Shown here: positions 45,495-58,559 of the stretch, piece after piece
Position numbering within the stretch: position 1 is the stretch's first letter
Layout of the letters: the number at the start of each line of letters is the position of its first letter
Source: Centroscyllium fabricii
Lineage: Eukaryota
Assembly (NCBI GenBank): GCA_051313645.2
Contig: JBNRSN020000012.1
Span: 52,824,001 to 52,888,000, forward strand
Direction of reading: 5' to 3'
Length of the DNA stretch: 64,000 bases
The notes under the pieces: generated by a model
What the model was told of the DNA's origin: nothing
The model's database searches: none
Seen by the model: the letters and a program-made list of their open reading frames with translations, nothing else
Made by a program: the position numbers and the translations under genes

Positions 45495-48400
45495 TATAGC
45501 ATCTTGACCGAACAGTAATGAGTAGAGGAGGTGGAATGTACTCTTAACTATTTACTGAGTAAAGCCCCGCTTTCACCGAGGGCTACAAATATCCCGAATC
45601 GTCCCGAATCGAAATTCGTGGCGATTCGGCAAAAAATGACAAATTCGTGGTGGATTCGGGAGGAGCTACGAATCTGGTACGAATTGATTATGATTTATTC
45701 GTGCCGAATGTCAAGAATGGTTTAAGAAACAAGTACGAATTCAAAGAATCAGGTAAGAATTTAACGAATAAGGTACGACTCACTTACGAATGTGCCGAAT
45801 TACTGTACGAATCCACTACGACCGATTCGTACTTGATTCGTACTACATTCGGGACATTCGTGCCTGTTTCGTGATGTATTCGGCGTGGGTCCACGAATTT
45901 GAGGGAGTCACGAATGCCCAAGAATAGGCCAGAATGCAGAAGAAGCGATTACGAACGATAAGAAAGGGTTACGAACGATAAGAAAGGTTCACGAAGTGTT
46001 TACGAATCATTCACGAATTGGACATTCGTTAACCCTCCCACAAAAGTTTTTGACAAGCAAAAACTTTCGTGCCAAATTAACGAAATCACGCGAACTGTAC
46101 GAATGTCTACGAATCAACTACGAATCAACTACGCATCGTTTACGAATTGCAAGAATTATCTACGAACCGGACAAATTTCAGATTCGGGACGAATCGGGAT
46201 TTTCGTAGCCTCCAGTGAAAGCGGGGCTTTAGTTGGTGGATATTACAGAACATGGTCTGCAAAACAGAATCTCAAACTGAAAGTGAAACTAAAGGCAAAC
46301 AGGACCCCCCAGGCCCCTCCCTTCAGGTAACACCCAGGCACTGGGACAAACTTAATTAAAGCAAACTCAAAACACAACACTCCTTTCCCCCCGATAAAAC
46401 CTTTTAGTCCTCCAGGCGTCTGGGACGGAATCTAACCCGACTTGAGTGCCGCTGGACAGGCATAGTCGGGGTGCCACTACTAGCCGCAGGAAAACCTTCC
46501 TCCGTGGCTGATGACTCCATGACACCTTCTGTCGATGTGGCTTCAGTCGTTGTTGCAGGAAGCAGGCCGTCACTGCCTGGCAGAGGTGGTGGAGACACTG
46601 GCCTAGCCTGTGACATCTCTGTTACTCTCACCGGAGTACGACCCCGTAGCTGGTCTACGTGGCATCTGTGTAGCTGGCCATCAGGCGTACGGACGGTGTA
46701 CGACAGGGGACCCGTGGCCTGCTCCACCACGGCAGGCATCCATTTGTCTCCTCCTGCATAGCAACGGGCAAACACAGTCTCTGAAGGCTCGAACTGTCTG
46801 GCGGTGCCATGGTGCTTCTTAGCCAGCTTCTCTTGCTTTGTGTGCATCTCATCCCTGTAGTCCGGGTGTAGCCGGTCCAGTGCAGTCACCAGCCGGCGAC
46901 CCATCAGTATCTCGGCAGGACTCTTCCCCGTTGCTGAGTTTGGTGTGGAATGCTGTGCTAACAGGAACCTGGCCAATCTGGTTTGCCAGTCCCCCACCGA
47001 TATCCTCACCAGTGCCTCTTTTGTGGTTTGCACCATCCTCTCTGCCTACCCGTTAGAGATGGGATGATAGGGTGCTGTGGTCACATAGCAGATTCCGTTT
47101 CTGCCTGCAAAAGCCTTGAACTCCGCCGACGTGAAGGCTGCTCCACTGTCCGAAACCAGCACGTCGGGGACCCCATGTGTGGCAAACAGCAAACGCAACG
47201 TGTTGATCACTGCACTGGATGTCATGGAGCTCATGATAGCCACCTCCAGCCATTTCGAATGAGAATCCACCACCATCAAAAAGACCTGTCCCTGAAATGG
47301 CCCTGCAAAGTCAATGTGGAGTCTTGACCATTTATGAGTGGTCCACTCCCAGGGGTGAAGGGGAGCCTTGGGTGGGCTATGGCGAGTCAGCTGACATGTC
47401 TCACAGCTCTTTACCACCTCCTCCACGTCTCGGTCCAACCCAGCCACCAGACGTAGCTTCTCGCCAACGCCTTCATGTGCACAATCACAGGGTGTGAGTC
47501 ATGTAGCATTTTCAGCACCTCCTCTTGCAGCGGCAGGAACCACCACATGGCTTCCCCAGAGCACGCAGTTCTTGTGTGCAGACATTTCATGGCGCCTCTG
47601 AACAAAGGGCTTGAAACGCTCCTCCTGGACTTCGGAGGGCCAGTCATGCAGCAGCCAGCGTAGCACCCATGACAAGACTGGATCTTTCTGTGTGAGGCTG
47701 CCAATCCGCTGGGCATGGAGTGGTGCCTCCGGAACCTCCTCCAGTAGCAGCACCTCCAGGGGTGGTGGCGTCTCAGCCATCGGCCGGTTCAAAGGCAAGC
47801 GACTCAGAGCATCAGCATTAGCCAGCATCTTCCCAGGCCTGTAGAAAAGTTCATATTTTGCCCCCAACGTCAGACTCCACCGAAGCATGCGCAGTGATAT
47901 GATCTGGGGCATGGGCTTGGAGTGATGTAGGAGCCCCAAGAGTGGCTTGTGGTCTGTGTACATGACGAACTGTCTCCCTAACAGGTACTGGCTGAACTTC
48001 TTTACCCCAAATATGATGGCTAGGGCCTCCTTGTCAATCTGGGCTTAATTACATTCTGTTGTTGACAGTGTTCTTGAGGCAAAACTGAAGGCGCTTCCCG
48101 GCCATCTGGCTCTATGTGACACAACAGAGCTCCCAGCCCATATGGTGAGGCATCACACACTGACACCAATGGCTTGTTTTCATCATAGTGTGCCAGAGCC
48201 TTATTGCAGTTCCTTTGCCTGTCTGTAGGCTATTTCTTGAGCGGAGGTCCAGTTTCACACTGTTGCTTGGTCTAACAGCCTGTGCAGTGGCTCTAAGATT
48301 GTAGCTTTGTCCTTGAGAAAACAACTGTAAAAGTTTAACAGTCCGAGGAATGCCTGCAGTTCGGTCTTGTTCTTGGGGGTGGGAGCGCTCTGGATAGCCT

Positions 48401-50825
48401 CCACCTTCTCCGTAGTCAGATGCACACCGTCTTTGTCCACTTGGAATCCCAAGACCTCTACACCATTGGCAGCGAACACACCTTTCTCCTTCTGAAGGCA
48501 TAGTCCTACCTCCGCCAGCCGTCGTAGTACTTCCTGCAGCCGCTCATCAAGGGCTTCCTGTGTCTTGCCTGTAATCAGTATGTCATCCAAGTAAGGCTGA
48601 ACTCCCGGGACCCCAGCCAACAGGGTGTCCATGAACCTCAGAAAGATTGCCACAGCCATAGACACCCCAAACTGCAGCCTTGTGGCTCGGAAAAGTCCTC
48701 TGTGGGTGTTGTCAGCAGCTCAGCTGACTCTTCATCCAGGACTAGTTGCTGGCATGCTTGCTTGAGATCCAGCTTGGTGAACAGGGTGCCTCCAACCAGT
48801 GTTGAAAACAGCTCTGTAACTGCTGGTAAGGGATACACATCTGATAACACAGCTGTATTAATCGTACATCTGTAATCTCCACAAATTCGCAGGCCCCCAT
48901 CCTTCTTTGTAATGGGCACGATAGGGGTGGCCCAATGGGAGTTCTTCACTGGCAAGAGAACCCCTTGTTTCACCAGCTTATCCAGGGCCTCATCCACCTT
49001 CTTGCGCAACGCAAAAGGCACTGGTCGCGCCTTGAAGAACTTAGGCGCTACCCCTGGGTCCACTTCGATTGAGACTGGCGGTCCCCGACAGGCCCCGAAC
49101 TCACCAAAAACCTCTTCATATTTCTCCAACATAGGCATTATAGGCTGTCGCTGTACTGTGTATACTCCTGTCACTTCAATATTGAGGGGCTCAAACCAAT
49201 CTCTGCCCAGCAGGCTTGTGCCCTGCCCCGCCACCACATAAAGTGGAAGTGTGTCCTTGACTGCCTGATACTTAACTTCCACATGAATCATACCCAGCAC
49301 CTGGAGTTGAGCTGCCGTAGCACACCACTGACCTGAGCCATCGCCGGGGGTTCACTTGGCCACAGCCTATTGTAAGTCTCTTCACTTATCAACGAACACG
49401 CTGAGCCTGAATCCACCTCCATGCAGAGTGGTGCCCCATTCATGATCACATTTGCCACGTACCCCCACCATCTGTGGGGTAGCTGCGCAGCTTCCATGGT
49501 GTACACTGTGTACACATCGTTGTCCTGCAGTGTCAGGGTGTGTGTCTATGGTGCTTGTGTTAGCTCTGCTGCAGCAGCCTGAGCTTTCTTCATGCAGACA
49601 CGAGCTATGTGTCCTCTTTTCTTACAGAAATGACATACCGCTGACACAAATTTGCATGTAGTGGGACCATGGAGAGAGCCCCACAGTGGAAACATTTTTT
49701 TCCTGTCTCTTTAGTTGCCTCCATGTCTCTCACAGCAGCAGCTGTGTGTGTGGTCTTGTGCACCTCCTCGGCGGCCCAAGATGGCGCTGCCTCTGTACAG
49801 AGCATACATGTGTTCATCGATGCAGCCTCTGCTGCTAACGCCTTCTCTTCGGCCAGTTGGAACGTCAGGGCCTTCTCCGCTAACAGCTGTCTCTGCAATG
49901 CCGAGTCCAGCACTCCACACACAATCCGATCACAGGGCATCTTGTCTAAATGGTCACCAAAATTACAATGTAATGAACGTTTCCTCAACTCAGCAATGTA
50001 ACTTGAAATAGATTGTCCAGGCTGTTGTTTACAATTGTGAAAATGGAAATGCTGCACAATCTCTGAAGGTTTTGTGTTCAAATGTTTCTGCAGCTCCTCA
50101 ATCGAATCAGCATAATCCACTTCACTAGATTTATGAAGGAGCCACCAATGAACGCAGGATGGAGCAAGTAGCAGCTCCGCATACACTTAGCAACACTGAG
50201 CGCTTCTTCTCTTCTTTGTCAATATCATTGGCCTCAAAGAAACATCCCAGTCTTTCTGCGTATTCCTCCCATGAACTGTCCTTATCCCCAGAGAACTCTT
50301 CAATACGTCCCATGGTAGTCATAGTTTTAATGTGCACTGTCCCTTTAAGATCCACGGACTTTTTTACTTTTCTCTTTTTTAAAAATATTCTTTTTCTCCT
50401 CCGGCCAGAGCTATGTTAACTACACTCACGGTAGTTGCCTGGCCCGCACAAGACTCTGTCCGCCGTCTACGTCGCAGCTAGCCAACTATCAAAATGCTAT
50501 TGATGTTGCTAGCTGAGTGGCCCACTCGTCGCCATTTCCAATATCACGGCTGTAGGTCACATGTCTATCTCCGTCCTTTTAGAGAGTACACCAGCCGCCT
50601 CATCGCCAGTGTAGCATCTTGACCGAACAGTAATGAGCAGAGGAGACGGAATGTACTTTTAACTATTTACTGAGTAAGTTGGTGGACATTACAGAACATG
50701 GTCTGCAAAGCAGAATCCCAAACTGAAAGTGAAACTAAAGGCAAACAGGACCCCCCAGGCCCCTCCCTTCAGGTAACACCCAGACACTGGGACAAACTTA
50801 ATTAAAGCAAACTCAAAACACAACA
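45495..50825 (-). mobile_element. Gypsy LTR retrotransposon C (Mag/K02A2.6-like), decayed
   Basis: LTRs 50610-50825 and 45495-46379 (interrupted); flanks TTTTG/GTTTG; PBS TGGCGATGAGG (tRNA-Ser GCU-like); PPT GGGGGAAAGGAG; MGRIEEF gag, VDSGS, YLDD, ADALSRL, HIDFAGP; many frameshifts. Confidence 0.92.
45563..46228. mobile_element. PIF/Harbinger-type MITE inside the 3' LTR of Gypsy C
   Basis: TIRs AGCCCCGCTTTCAC / GTGAAAGCGGGGCT; flanks TAA/TTA; the sister LTR shows the empty site GAGTAAGTTGG. Confidence 0.88.
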
Positions 50826-51314
50826 GTTTGTTTATCAAACTAATATGATCATTGGCATTAAAAATACTGATTTTTATTGATGCGAAACCACTCAGACAAA
50901 TGTGGGAAATCTATCTAGCAGATTTTGCTAAATATCACCACAGACTTCACCCAAAATCACCAAGGAATTTAAGAAATGTATCTGCAGTTTGCTTCTAACA
51001 CTGGTGAAGACTGCAATCACAAAGAATTAACGGTAACATTAACTTCTCTAACATGGGAAACAAAGTTAGAGATTTGATTTTAAAAGATCATTGACTAAAC
51101 TCTGGTCTACAAATTTTGATCCCAAGTGGAATTAAGCAGGATATTTTGCATTGCAAGGAGTAATGAAATAGGTTTGCTATCAGAATTAATTTCAGCTACA
51201 GTATTTTACTTTTGTTTCAGCTTAGAGCTACAGTGGTATCAAGCTAGCCTGGATATCTCAGTCCAGAGAATTCTGTATTTCTTACCTCATTGATGTGACT
51301 ACACTACTGAACTG

Positions 51315-51688
51315 GACGACACGGTGGCGCAGTGGTTAGCACTGCTGCCTCGCAATAAGGAGCTCCTGGGTTCGAATCCTGCTTGGCCCAGGACCTCTCT
51401 GCGTGGAGTTTGCATGTTCTCCCCGTGTTCGTGTGGGTTTCCTCCGGGTACTCCGGTTTCCTCCCACCACCCAAAGACATGCAGGTTAGGTGCATTGGAG
51501 ATACTAAAAATTGCCCATGTGTATGTGTGGGAGATATAGTTCTTAGAGTTGCGGGTGTCGGGGGATATGGGGCCAAGGCCGGGACGGGGTGCTGGGTTTG
51601 GATGATCAGCCATGATCTCATCAAAAATGGCGGAGCAGGCTCGAAGGGCCGAATGGCCTACTCCTGCTCCTATCTTCTGTGTTTCTGT
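51315..51688 (+). mobile_element. V-SINE-type SINE, second subfamily (3' half also at about 60450-60612)
   Basis: GGTGGCGCAGTGGTTAG A-box, GGTTCGAATCC B-box, V core, CR1-type tail. Confidence 0.88.
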
Positions 51689-52424
51689 GAACGTAAATAA
51701 GAAATGTGAAAAAAAAAAAATTTTTTTACAACCAGTGCATGAAACAGTGAGGAGTTTCATCAGTACAACTTTATTTTTGATTGGTGTTTTTAGGCTTTTC
51801 TCTCACATTCCCCAACAGCTAGTTTAACAACAGTGACATTGCTGATGGACAGCGGCTGTGTACCCTCTCAGCTAGAAGAATAAGTTTCCACATGTCACGG
51901 ACTAAAGTGTAGCAAAAAATAAACATGTTATTTGGAATCCGTGTTCTTCCTGAATATATTTAAATCATGCTTCAATTTTGTGGGTTGTAACTGCTTTAAA
52001 AAAAAATCACTGCAAACTCTATGGAACTGCAGATAATAAACATGAGACATAAAAAGATCAACAATCAGCTTAGTTTAGTTGAAAAAGACGAAGAAAAACA
52101 GGGCCAAAATCTTCAAAGGATTGGACTGCATATAAACCTGATCATTAGAGAGACAGAATATGGAAAAAGTTTTAATTATAAAGGAAGAATTTGCATTTAT
52201 ATGCCACTTTCACATCCTCGGGACATTCCAAAGCGCCTCGCAGCCAATTAATTACTTCTTTTGAAGTGTTGTTATGTAAGCAAATGTGGCAGACAATTTA
52301 CACTCGAGATTCCACAAACAGAAAAAGGATAAATGACCAGTTAATATCTTTTGGTGGTGTTGGTCAAGGGACAAATGATGACACCACAAGAATTCACTCA
52401 CTCTCTTTAAATGTTATACGTATA

Positions 52425-53070
52425 AATGTTAAATTTCATACGTTGCAGGAAAGGATGCCCCGGAGCATGGTACATCGGTGAGACCATGCAGACACTTCGA
52501 CAACGGATGAACGGACACCGCACAACAATTGCCAGGCAGGAATGTTCCCTCCCAGTCGGGGAACATTTCAGCAGTGAAGGACATTCAGCCTCCGATCTTC
52601 GGGTAAGCATTCTCCAAGGCGGCCTTCGAGACACACGACAACGTAAAATCGTTGAGCAGAGGCTGATAGCCAAATTCCGCACCCATGAGGACGGTCTCAA
52701 CTGTGATATTGGCTTCATGTCACGCTACATGTGACCCTGCCTGAAGTAGAGTCATCCAGACCAGGGACATCTTTGTCTTGTAAGGAAATTCCTTTTTTTT
52801 AAATCATTCTGTGTGTTTTACAGCATTTGACCCCTTGCGACTGTGCCTCGTTGCTCTCAGACTGATGTGTTAAAATATGTTAATACGCCTTTGTGTGCTC
52901 TGTCTATCTCTGCTAAGGTGAGATGTGGGAGAGATCGGATTTCTCCCTTCCTCCCATATGTGCGTTCTTTAAGTCAGTCTCTCTTTCACCTGACGAAGGG
53001 GCAGAAGCTCCGAAAGCTTGTGATTTAAAATAAAACTGTTGGACTATAATCTGGTGTTGTGTGACTTCTT
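52425..53070 (+). mobile_element. Penelope 3' fragment (GIY-YIG) with hammerhead motif at 52986-53023
   Basis: CRKGCPGAWYIGETMQTLRQRMNGHR, near-identical to 34900-35190; inserted in a Deu-type SINE (about 52190-52410 and 53075-53230, minus). Confidence 0.88.
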
Positions 53071-53699
53071 TAAATGTTGCCCTAGGATCTTTTATGTCTG
53101 CCTGAACAGGGAAATGGGGTATCAGCTTATCATCTCATTCGAAGGGAAGCACTGCTGACAATGCAGCACTCCCTCAGTACTGCAATTAAATTATGTGCTC
53201 AAGTCCTGCAGTAGGGATTGAATGCACAACTTTACAACTTCGAGCTTCAATATCACCTTTTGTTACTTTCATTTCATTGCGTATAAATTCATAACCTGGC
53301 CATTTCAATCAATTATCTTCAGGGATCAGGAAGACAATTCTGACCTAAATGACAACAGAAAACGCTGGAGAAACTCAGCAGGCCAGGCAGCATCAGTGGA
53401 GAGAGAAACAGAGCTGACGTTTCAGGTCGATGACCTTTCTTCAGAACTGGAGAAGCCGGGAGTGGGGATAGATTTTAAAGCTTGTGGGGGCTGGGGAAAA
53501 GGGGATTGCGGGGGGGGGGCTGAAAGAACAAAGGAAAGATCAGCAACAGGCTGGAAGGTGGGGAAGGTAAGAGATATTCGGAGAAATTGAAGGAACACAG
53601 GATGGCTCTGAATAGGTGTGAACAGCTCTGGCAGAGTAAAGAAAAAAGAAAAAAGCCCAGACGAAAGTGTGGATTGAAAAAAAAGAGAAAATATATACA

Positions 53700-54643
53700 C
53701 AGGTTGAGCACCGTTAATCGGGCAACCGAAAAGCCGGCAACTTCAGTCGTCCAGCACAAATCGCCCCGACTTCCCTGCGCATGCGCAAAATGGCTGCCGC
53801 GATCAAGGCTTCGTCGAACGATCTGCGCATGCACCACCGAACGGCGAGCGCATGCGCAGATCATTCGCCGGAGCCTTGATCGCGGCAGCCATTTTGCACA
53901 TGCGCAGGGCAGTCGGGGCGAGCAGACAGACAGGCAAGAGAGTGCAGCAGAGCCCACTCCAGCCTTTGATCCCAGCACATTCACACTCACCGTCCCGATG
54001 GCATCAGGAGACGCCGACCCCATGGAAGGCAGCAGTGACTCGGACTCGGGAGGCTGACAGCTCCGGCGCCTCAGAGTCACTGGGAGACGAGGAGGAGAAG
54101 GAGGAGGCCTTCTCCGACCTGTCCGATGAGGAGCAGATGCCCCTCATCGGTGTTTACCGCGCGCCTTCAACCACGCTTGAAACGGGTATAGGTCCCGCCT
54201 GGCTGGCCTTGATTGAGTGGTGGCGGGGTGGCAGGAGATTTGTGATTGGTGGAATGGCCTGACAATCCCGTGGCTGGGGGTTGGGGGGAGAGGGGGCTTG
54301 TGATTGGTGAAGCAGCCTGTCAATCCTGCGGCTAGGGTGACAGGAGTCTTGTGATTGGTGGAGCAGCCTGTCAATCATGCAGCTTAGGGTGATTGGAGGT
54401 TTTTGATTGGTGGAGCGGCCTGTCAATCCCGTGGCTGGAGGGGAACAGGAGGCTTATGATTGGTGAAGCAGCCTGTCAATCCTGTGGCAAGGAGAGGGAG
54501 GCGATTTTGTGATTGCAATGTTATGCGCATGCGCGTGGCCATTTTGAATGGTGTGCACACTGGCCAGCTTCATTCTTCCGTTTTTTGCGCAAAACCGGCC
54601 CGGGCCTAGACCCGCCCGTGCCGGTATAACGGTGCTCAACCTG
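53700..54643. mobile_element. Tigger/pogo-like MITE, copy E (expanded interior)
   Basis: TIRs CAGGTTGAGCACCGTTA / TAACGGTGCTCAACCTG; right TA intact, left CA. Confidence 0.88.
54243..54481. promoter_or_regulatory. Five-copy composite motif TGATTGG-N9-CTGTCAATC (CCAAT box plus PBX/PREP-like decamer)
   Basis: Copies start at 54243, 54301, 54352, 54404 and 54457, each with a 16-nt offset to CTG(T/A)CAATC. Function is inferred. Confidence 0.5.
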
Positions 54644-55534
54644 TATATAAAAAAGTGTGGTAGGTTATGATCTAAAATTGTTGAACCCTATGTTTAGTCC
54701 AGAGGGCTGTAGGGTGCCTAAGCGAAAGATGAGGTGCTGTTCCTCGAGTTTACACTGGGCTTCCGTGGAACAATGCAGCAGGCCACAGACAGTGAGATCT
54801 GAATGGGAGTGGAGTGGAGAATTAAAGAAAATTCTGACCGTTGCTTCTTAGCCTCACTGGCCCGGAGTTTGGGGGGGGGGGGGGGGGGGGGAAATCAGTC
54901 AGGATTTCTATTTCCTACATTACAACAATGACTACACTTCAAAAGTACTTCACTTGCTGCTAGTGCTTTGGTATGTCCTGAGGTCATGAAATCCACTTTA
55001 TAAATGCAAGTCTTTCTTTCTGATCTCTATCCAGCAATCCCTGCATGGAAGGCACATATGTGAATGTTGAATAAGCGAAGAACTGGGCTCAGCAATGATG
55101 CCCTCTAGAGTCAACTGCTCAATCACCATGCATTGTCGAGGAAAGCATGAGTAATGTCCATTGGAGTGAGGTAAAAGGGGAAACAAATGGAATTATATCA
55201 CAGAAAGAAGTCAGCCCATCCTGGAGAGGAGAGAAAAGAAATAGAACATAAATATATTAAATTGTTTTCAAAAAAGTGAGTTTTCTCATATATCCCTGTA
55301 GTCCAAAATGAATGACAATACATAATTTGTCTCTATTGAGTTTCACACAGATGTCCAACTCAACTTGAAGAGTAAACCACCTGTCCATGATTGTTCTGCA
55401 GCTTCCGGAAGATCACTCAAGACAGATTACATAACTAAAGCATCGGAATAGAAAAATTGGGTAGTGGTGAGTTAATCAACCTTTGTCCTGTTCCCACTGC
55501 GCCTCCGAAGGAGAAGAAACTCAGCTGACCTATT

Positions 55535-55720
55535 ACGATAGAAAAATACTGCGGATGCTGGAAATCTGAAATAACAACAGAAAATGCTGCAAATACTCAG
55601 CAGGCCAGGCAGCATCCGTTCTGATGAAGGGTCCCAGACCTGAAACGTTAACTCTGTTTCTCTCTCCACGGATGCTGCCTGGCCTGCTGAGTATTTCCAG
55701 CATTTCCTGTTGTTATTTCA
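55535..55720. mobile_element. Penelope-derived hairpin element with hammerhead motif (55618-55652) in the loop
   Basis: Arms CTGAAATAACAACAG...GGCAGCATCCGT and complement; GTT-CTGATGA-AG-GGTC/cca/GACC-T-GAAA-CGTT-AAC; TCAGCYGACCTATT duplicated at 55521-55534 and 55718-55731. Confidence 0.8.
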
Positions 55721-55759
55721 GCCGACCTATTGCTGAGCTACATTGCAAATGTGAATGAT

Positions 55760-58035
55760 AGAAAGTTATGTCACAGAAGGAGGCCATTCAGCCCACTGTG
55801 TCTGTGCCGGCCGAAAAAGAGCTATCCAGCCTAATCCCACTTTCCAGCTCTTGGTCCGTAGCCCTGTAAGTTACGCCACTTCAAGTCCATAACCAAGTAC
55901 TTTTTAAATGTGATGAGGGTTTCTGCCTCTACCACCCTTTCAGGCAGTGAGTTCCAGACCACCCCCCACTGTCTGGGTGAAAAACATTTCTCAACTTCCC
56001 TCTAATCCTTCTACCAATTACTTTAAATGACTTGACGTCTCTGCTAAGAGAAATAGGTCCTTCCTATCCACTCCAAGTAGGCCCCTCTTTATACCCCTCA
56101 GTCTCTTCTGTTCCAAAGAAAACAACACCAGCCTATCCAATCTCTCCGCCCAGCTAAAATTCTCCAGTTCTGGCAACATCTTTGTAAATCTCCTCTGCAC
56201 CCTCTCTAATGCAATCACATCTTTCCCGCAATGTGGTGACCAGAACTGTACACAGGGCGGCATGGTGGCACAGTGGTTAGTACTGTTGGCTCACAGCACT
56301 AGCGGCCCGGGTTCAATTCCGGCCTCGGGTACTATCTGTGTGGAGATTGCACATTATCCCCGTGTCTGCGTGGGTTTTCTCCGGGTGCTCCGGTTTTCTC
56401 CCAGTCCAAAGATGTGCGGGTTAGGTTGATTGGCCATGATAAATTGACCCTTAGTGTTAGGGGGATTAAATATGTGGGGTTACGGGGATAGGGTGGGATA
56501 TGTGTCAGTGCAGGCTCGATGGGCCGAAATGGCCTCTAGCTGTACTGTAGGGATTCTATGATTCTACTCTAGCCTAACTAGCGTTTTATACAGTTCAAGC
56601 ATAACCTTATATTCTATGCCTCGGCTAATAAAGGAAAGTATTCAGTAAACCTTCTTACCATCTTATCTACCTGTCCTGCTACCTCCAGGGATCTGTGAAC
56701 ATGCACTCCACGGTCCCTCTGCTCCTCCACACTTCTCAGTATTGCAACATTTATTGTGTATTCCGTTGCCTTGTTAGCCCTCCCCAAATGCATTACCTCA
56801 CACGTCTCTGGATTGAATTCCATTTGCCACTTTTCTGTCCACCTGACCAGTCCATTGATATAAGAACATAAGAAATAGGAGCAGGAGTCGGCCAACCGGC
56901 CCCTCGAGCCTGCTCTGCCATTCAATAAGATCATGGCTGATCTGATCTTAACCTCATATCTACTTTCACTCTCCATCCCACCAGAACCCATGTGATCTCC
57001 TGGGAGAGGTGAAAAACCAGACAAAAACCCAGTGGCCAATTTGGAAGAAAAATCTGGGAAATTCCTCTCCGACCCATCTAGGCGATCGAAACTGGTCCAG
57101 GAGATCACATTGTCGATCTGAACCTAGCCTCACGTCCACTTACCTGCCCGCTCACCGAAATCTCTAATTCCCTTTACTTTCAAGAAACTGTCAATCTCGG
57201 TTTTAAATTTATTCAAAGTAGTAGCTTCCACAGCTCTCTGGGGCAGCAAATTCCACAGACCCACCACCCTCTGAGTGAAGAAGTTTCTCCTCATCTCAGT
57301 TTTGAAAGGGCAGCCCCTTATTTTAAGACTATGCCCCCTAGTTCTAGTCTCACCCATCAGTGGAAACATCCTCACCGCGTCCATCTGATCAAGCCCCCTC
57401 ACAATCTTATATTAGATCACCTCTCACTCTTCTGAATTCCAATGAGTAGAGGCCCAACTTACTCAACCTTTCCTCATAAGTCAACCCCCTCATCTCTGGA
57501 ATCAACCGAGTGAACCTTCTCTGATCTGCCTCAAGAGCAAGTATATCCTTTCTCAAATATGGAAACCAAAACTGTACACAGTATTCCAGATGTGGCCTCA
57601 CCAATACCCTGTATAACTGCAGCAGGACTTCCCTGTTTTTATAATCCACCCCCCTTGCAATAAAGGCCAAGATTCTATTGGCCTTCCGGATTACCTGCTG
57701 TACCTGTATACTAACCTTCTGTGTTTCATGCACCATGACCCCCAGATCTCTTTGTACTTTAGAACTTTGAAGTTACTCTCCATTCAGATAATAATTTGCT
57801 CTTTGATTTTTTTTGCCAAAGTGAATAACCTCACACTTTCCAACATTATATTCCATCTGCCAAATCTTTGCCCACTCACCTAGCCGGTCTATGTCCCTTT
57901 GCAAGTTTTTTGTGTCCTCCTCACTCACTGCTTTCCCTCCCATCTTAGTATCGTCGGCAAACTTGGATACGTTGCACTCGCTCCCTTCCTCCAAATCGTT
58001 AATATAGATTTAAAGAGTTGGGGTCCCAGCACTGA
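55760..58035 (-). mobile_element. Nested CR1 fragments (CR1 56860-58035 inside or next to an older CR1) with SINE at 56255-56565 (+)
   Basis: KFADDTKMGG, YCVQFWFP, RRNFFTQRVVGLWN; extended 3' UTR as at 5930-6200. Confidence 0.87.
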
Positions 58036-58559
58036 AGTCTAATATATGTATCTTCCTGAAGTCTACAGCTTTCTTCCTCACCACAGCTAATTTTTGTACC
58101 ATCTGCAAACTTCTTAAATCATGCCCCCTACATTGAAGATGACATAAACCAACTACATTACTCCAAATACAGCATGTTCAACTACACTGCTTACAAGCAT
58201 CAAAATGGTCTTCAAGAAGTAGTAAACACTGCTCGTCACTTGTCTAAGCTGTGGCTGCCTCAGTCGGGGGCAGTGAACATCTCCCAGCTTTTAAGTTGCT
58301 CACATTAATATATGAGAAGAGGGGGGAATTCAGTCACAATTTAAAATTAGTAAAAATTATTTGAATTTGGTATAAACTACAGCAATGTTAATTAGTTACA
58401 TGCCACATACCCTAGTAAGCAGTAGTATGTAAATCAGCTAAGGAACATGGATGAGGTGATTAGAGTATGATAAAGATAGTGATAAACAACAAGATGCTCC
58501 CTTCCTGACTAACAGTTGGAGAAATGGAAAGATATTAATTCTGATTAGAAAATGCTTAG

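Larger units (their letters stand above)
53350..54830 (-). mobile_element. Penelope-like tail fragment split by MITE E; hammerhead motif at 53412-53448
   Basis: Similar to 19280-19860; minus strand AGTT-CTGAAGA-A-AGGTC/atc/GACCT-GAAA-CGTC-AGCT. Confidence 0.75.

Noticed and set aside
51315-51390. tRNA-like sequence with A and B boxes (also heads of other SINEs)
   Set aside because: Continues directly into a SINE core and CR1 tail; not a stand-alone tRNA gene.
53937-54262. Acidic ORF inside MITE E as a captured gene
   Set aside because: Short, low complexity, frame-broken and unrecognised; cannot be supported.
55351-55467. Segment bounded by CAG and GTGAGT, suggesting a host exon
   Set aside because: Stops in all three plus-strand frames; no supporting homology.
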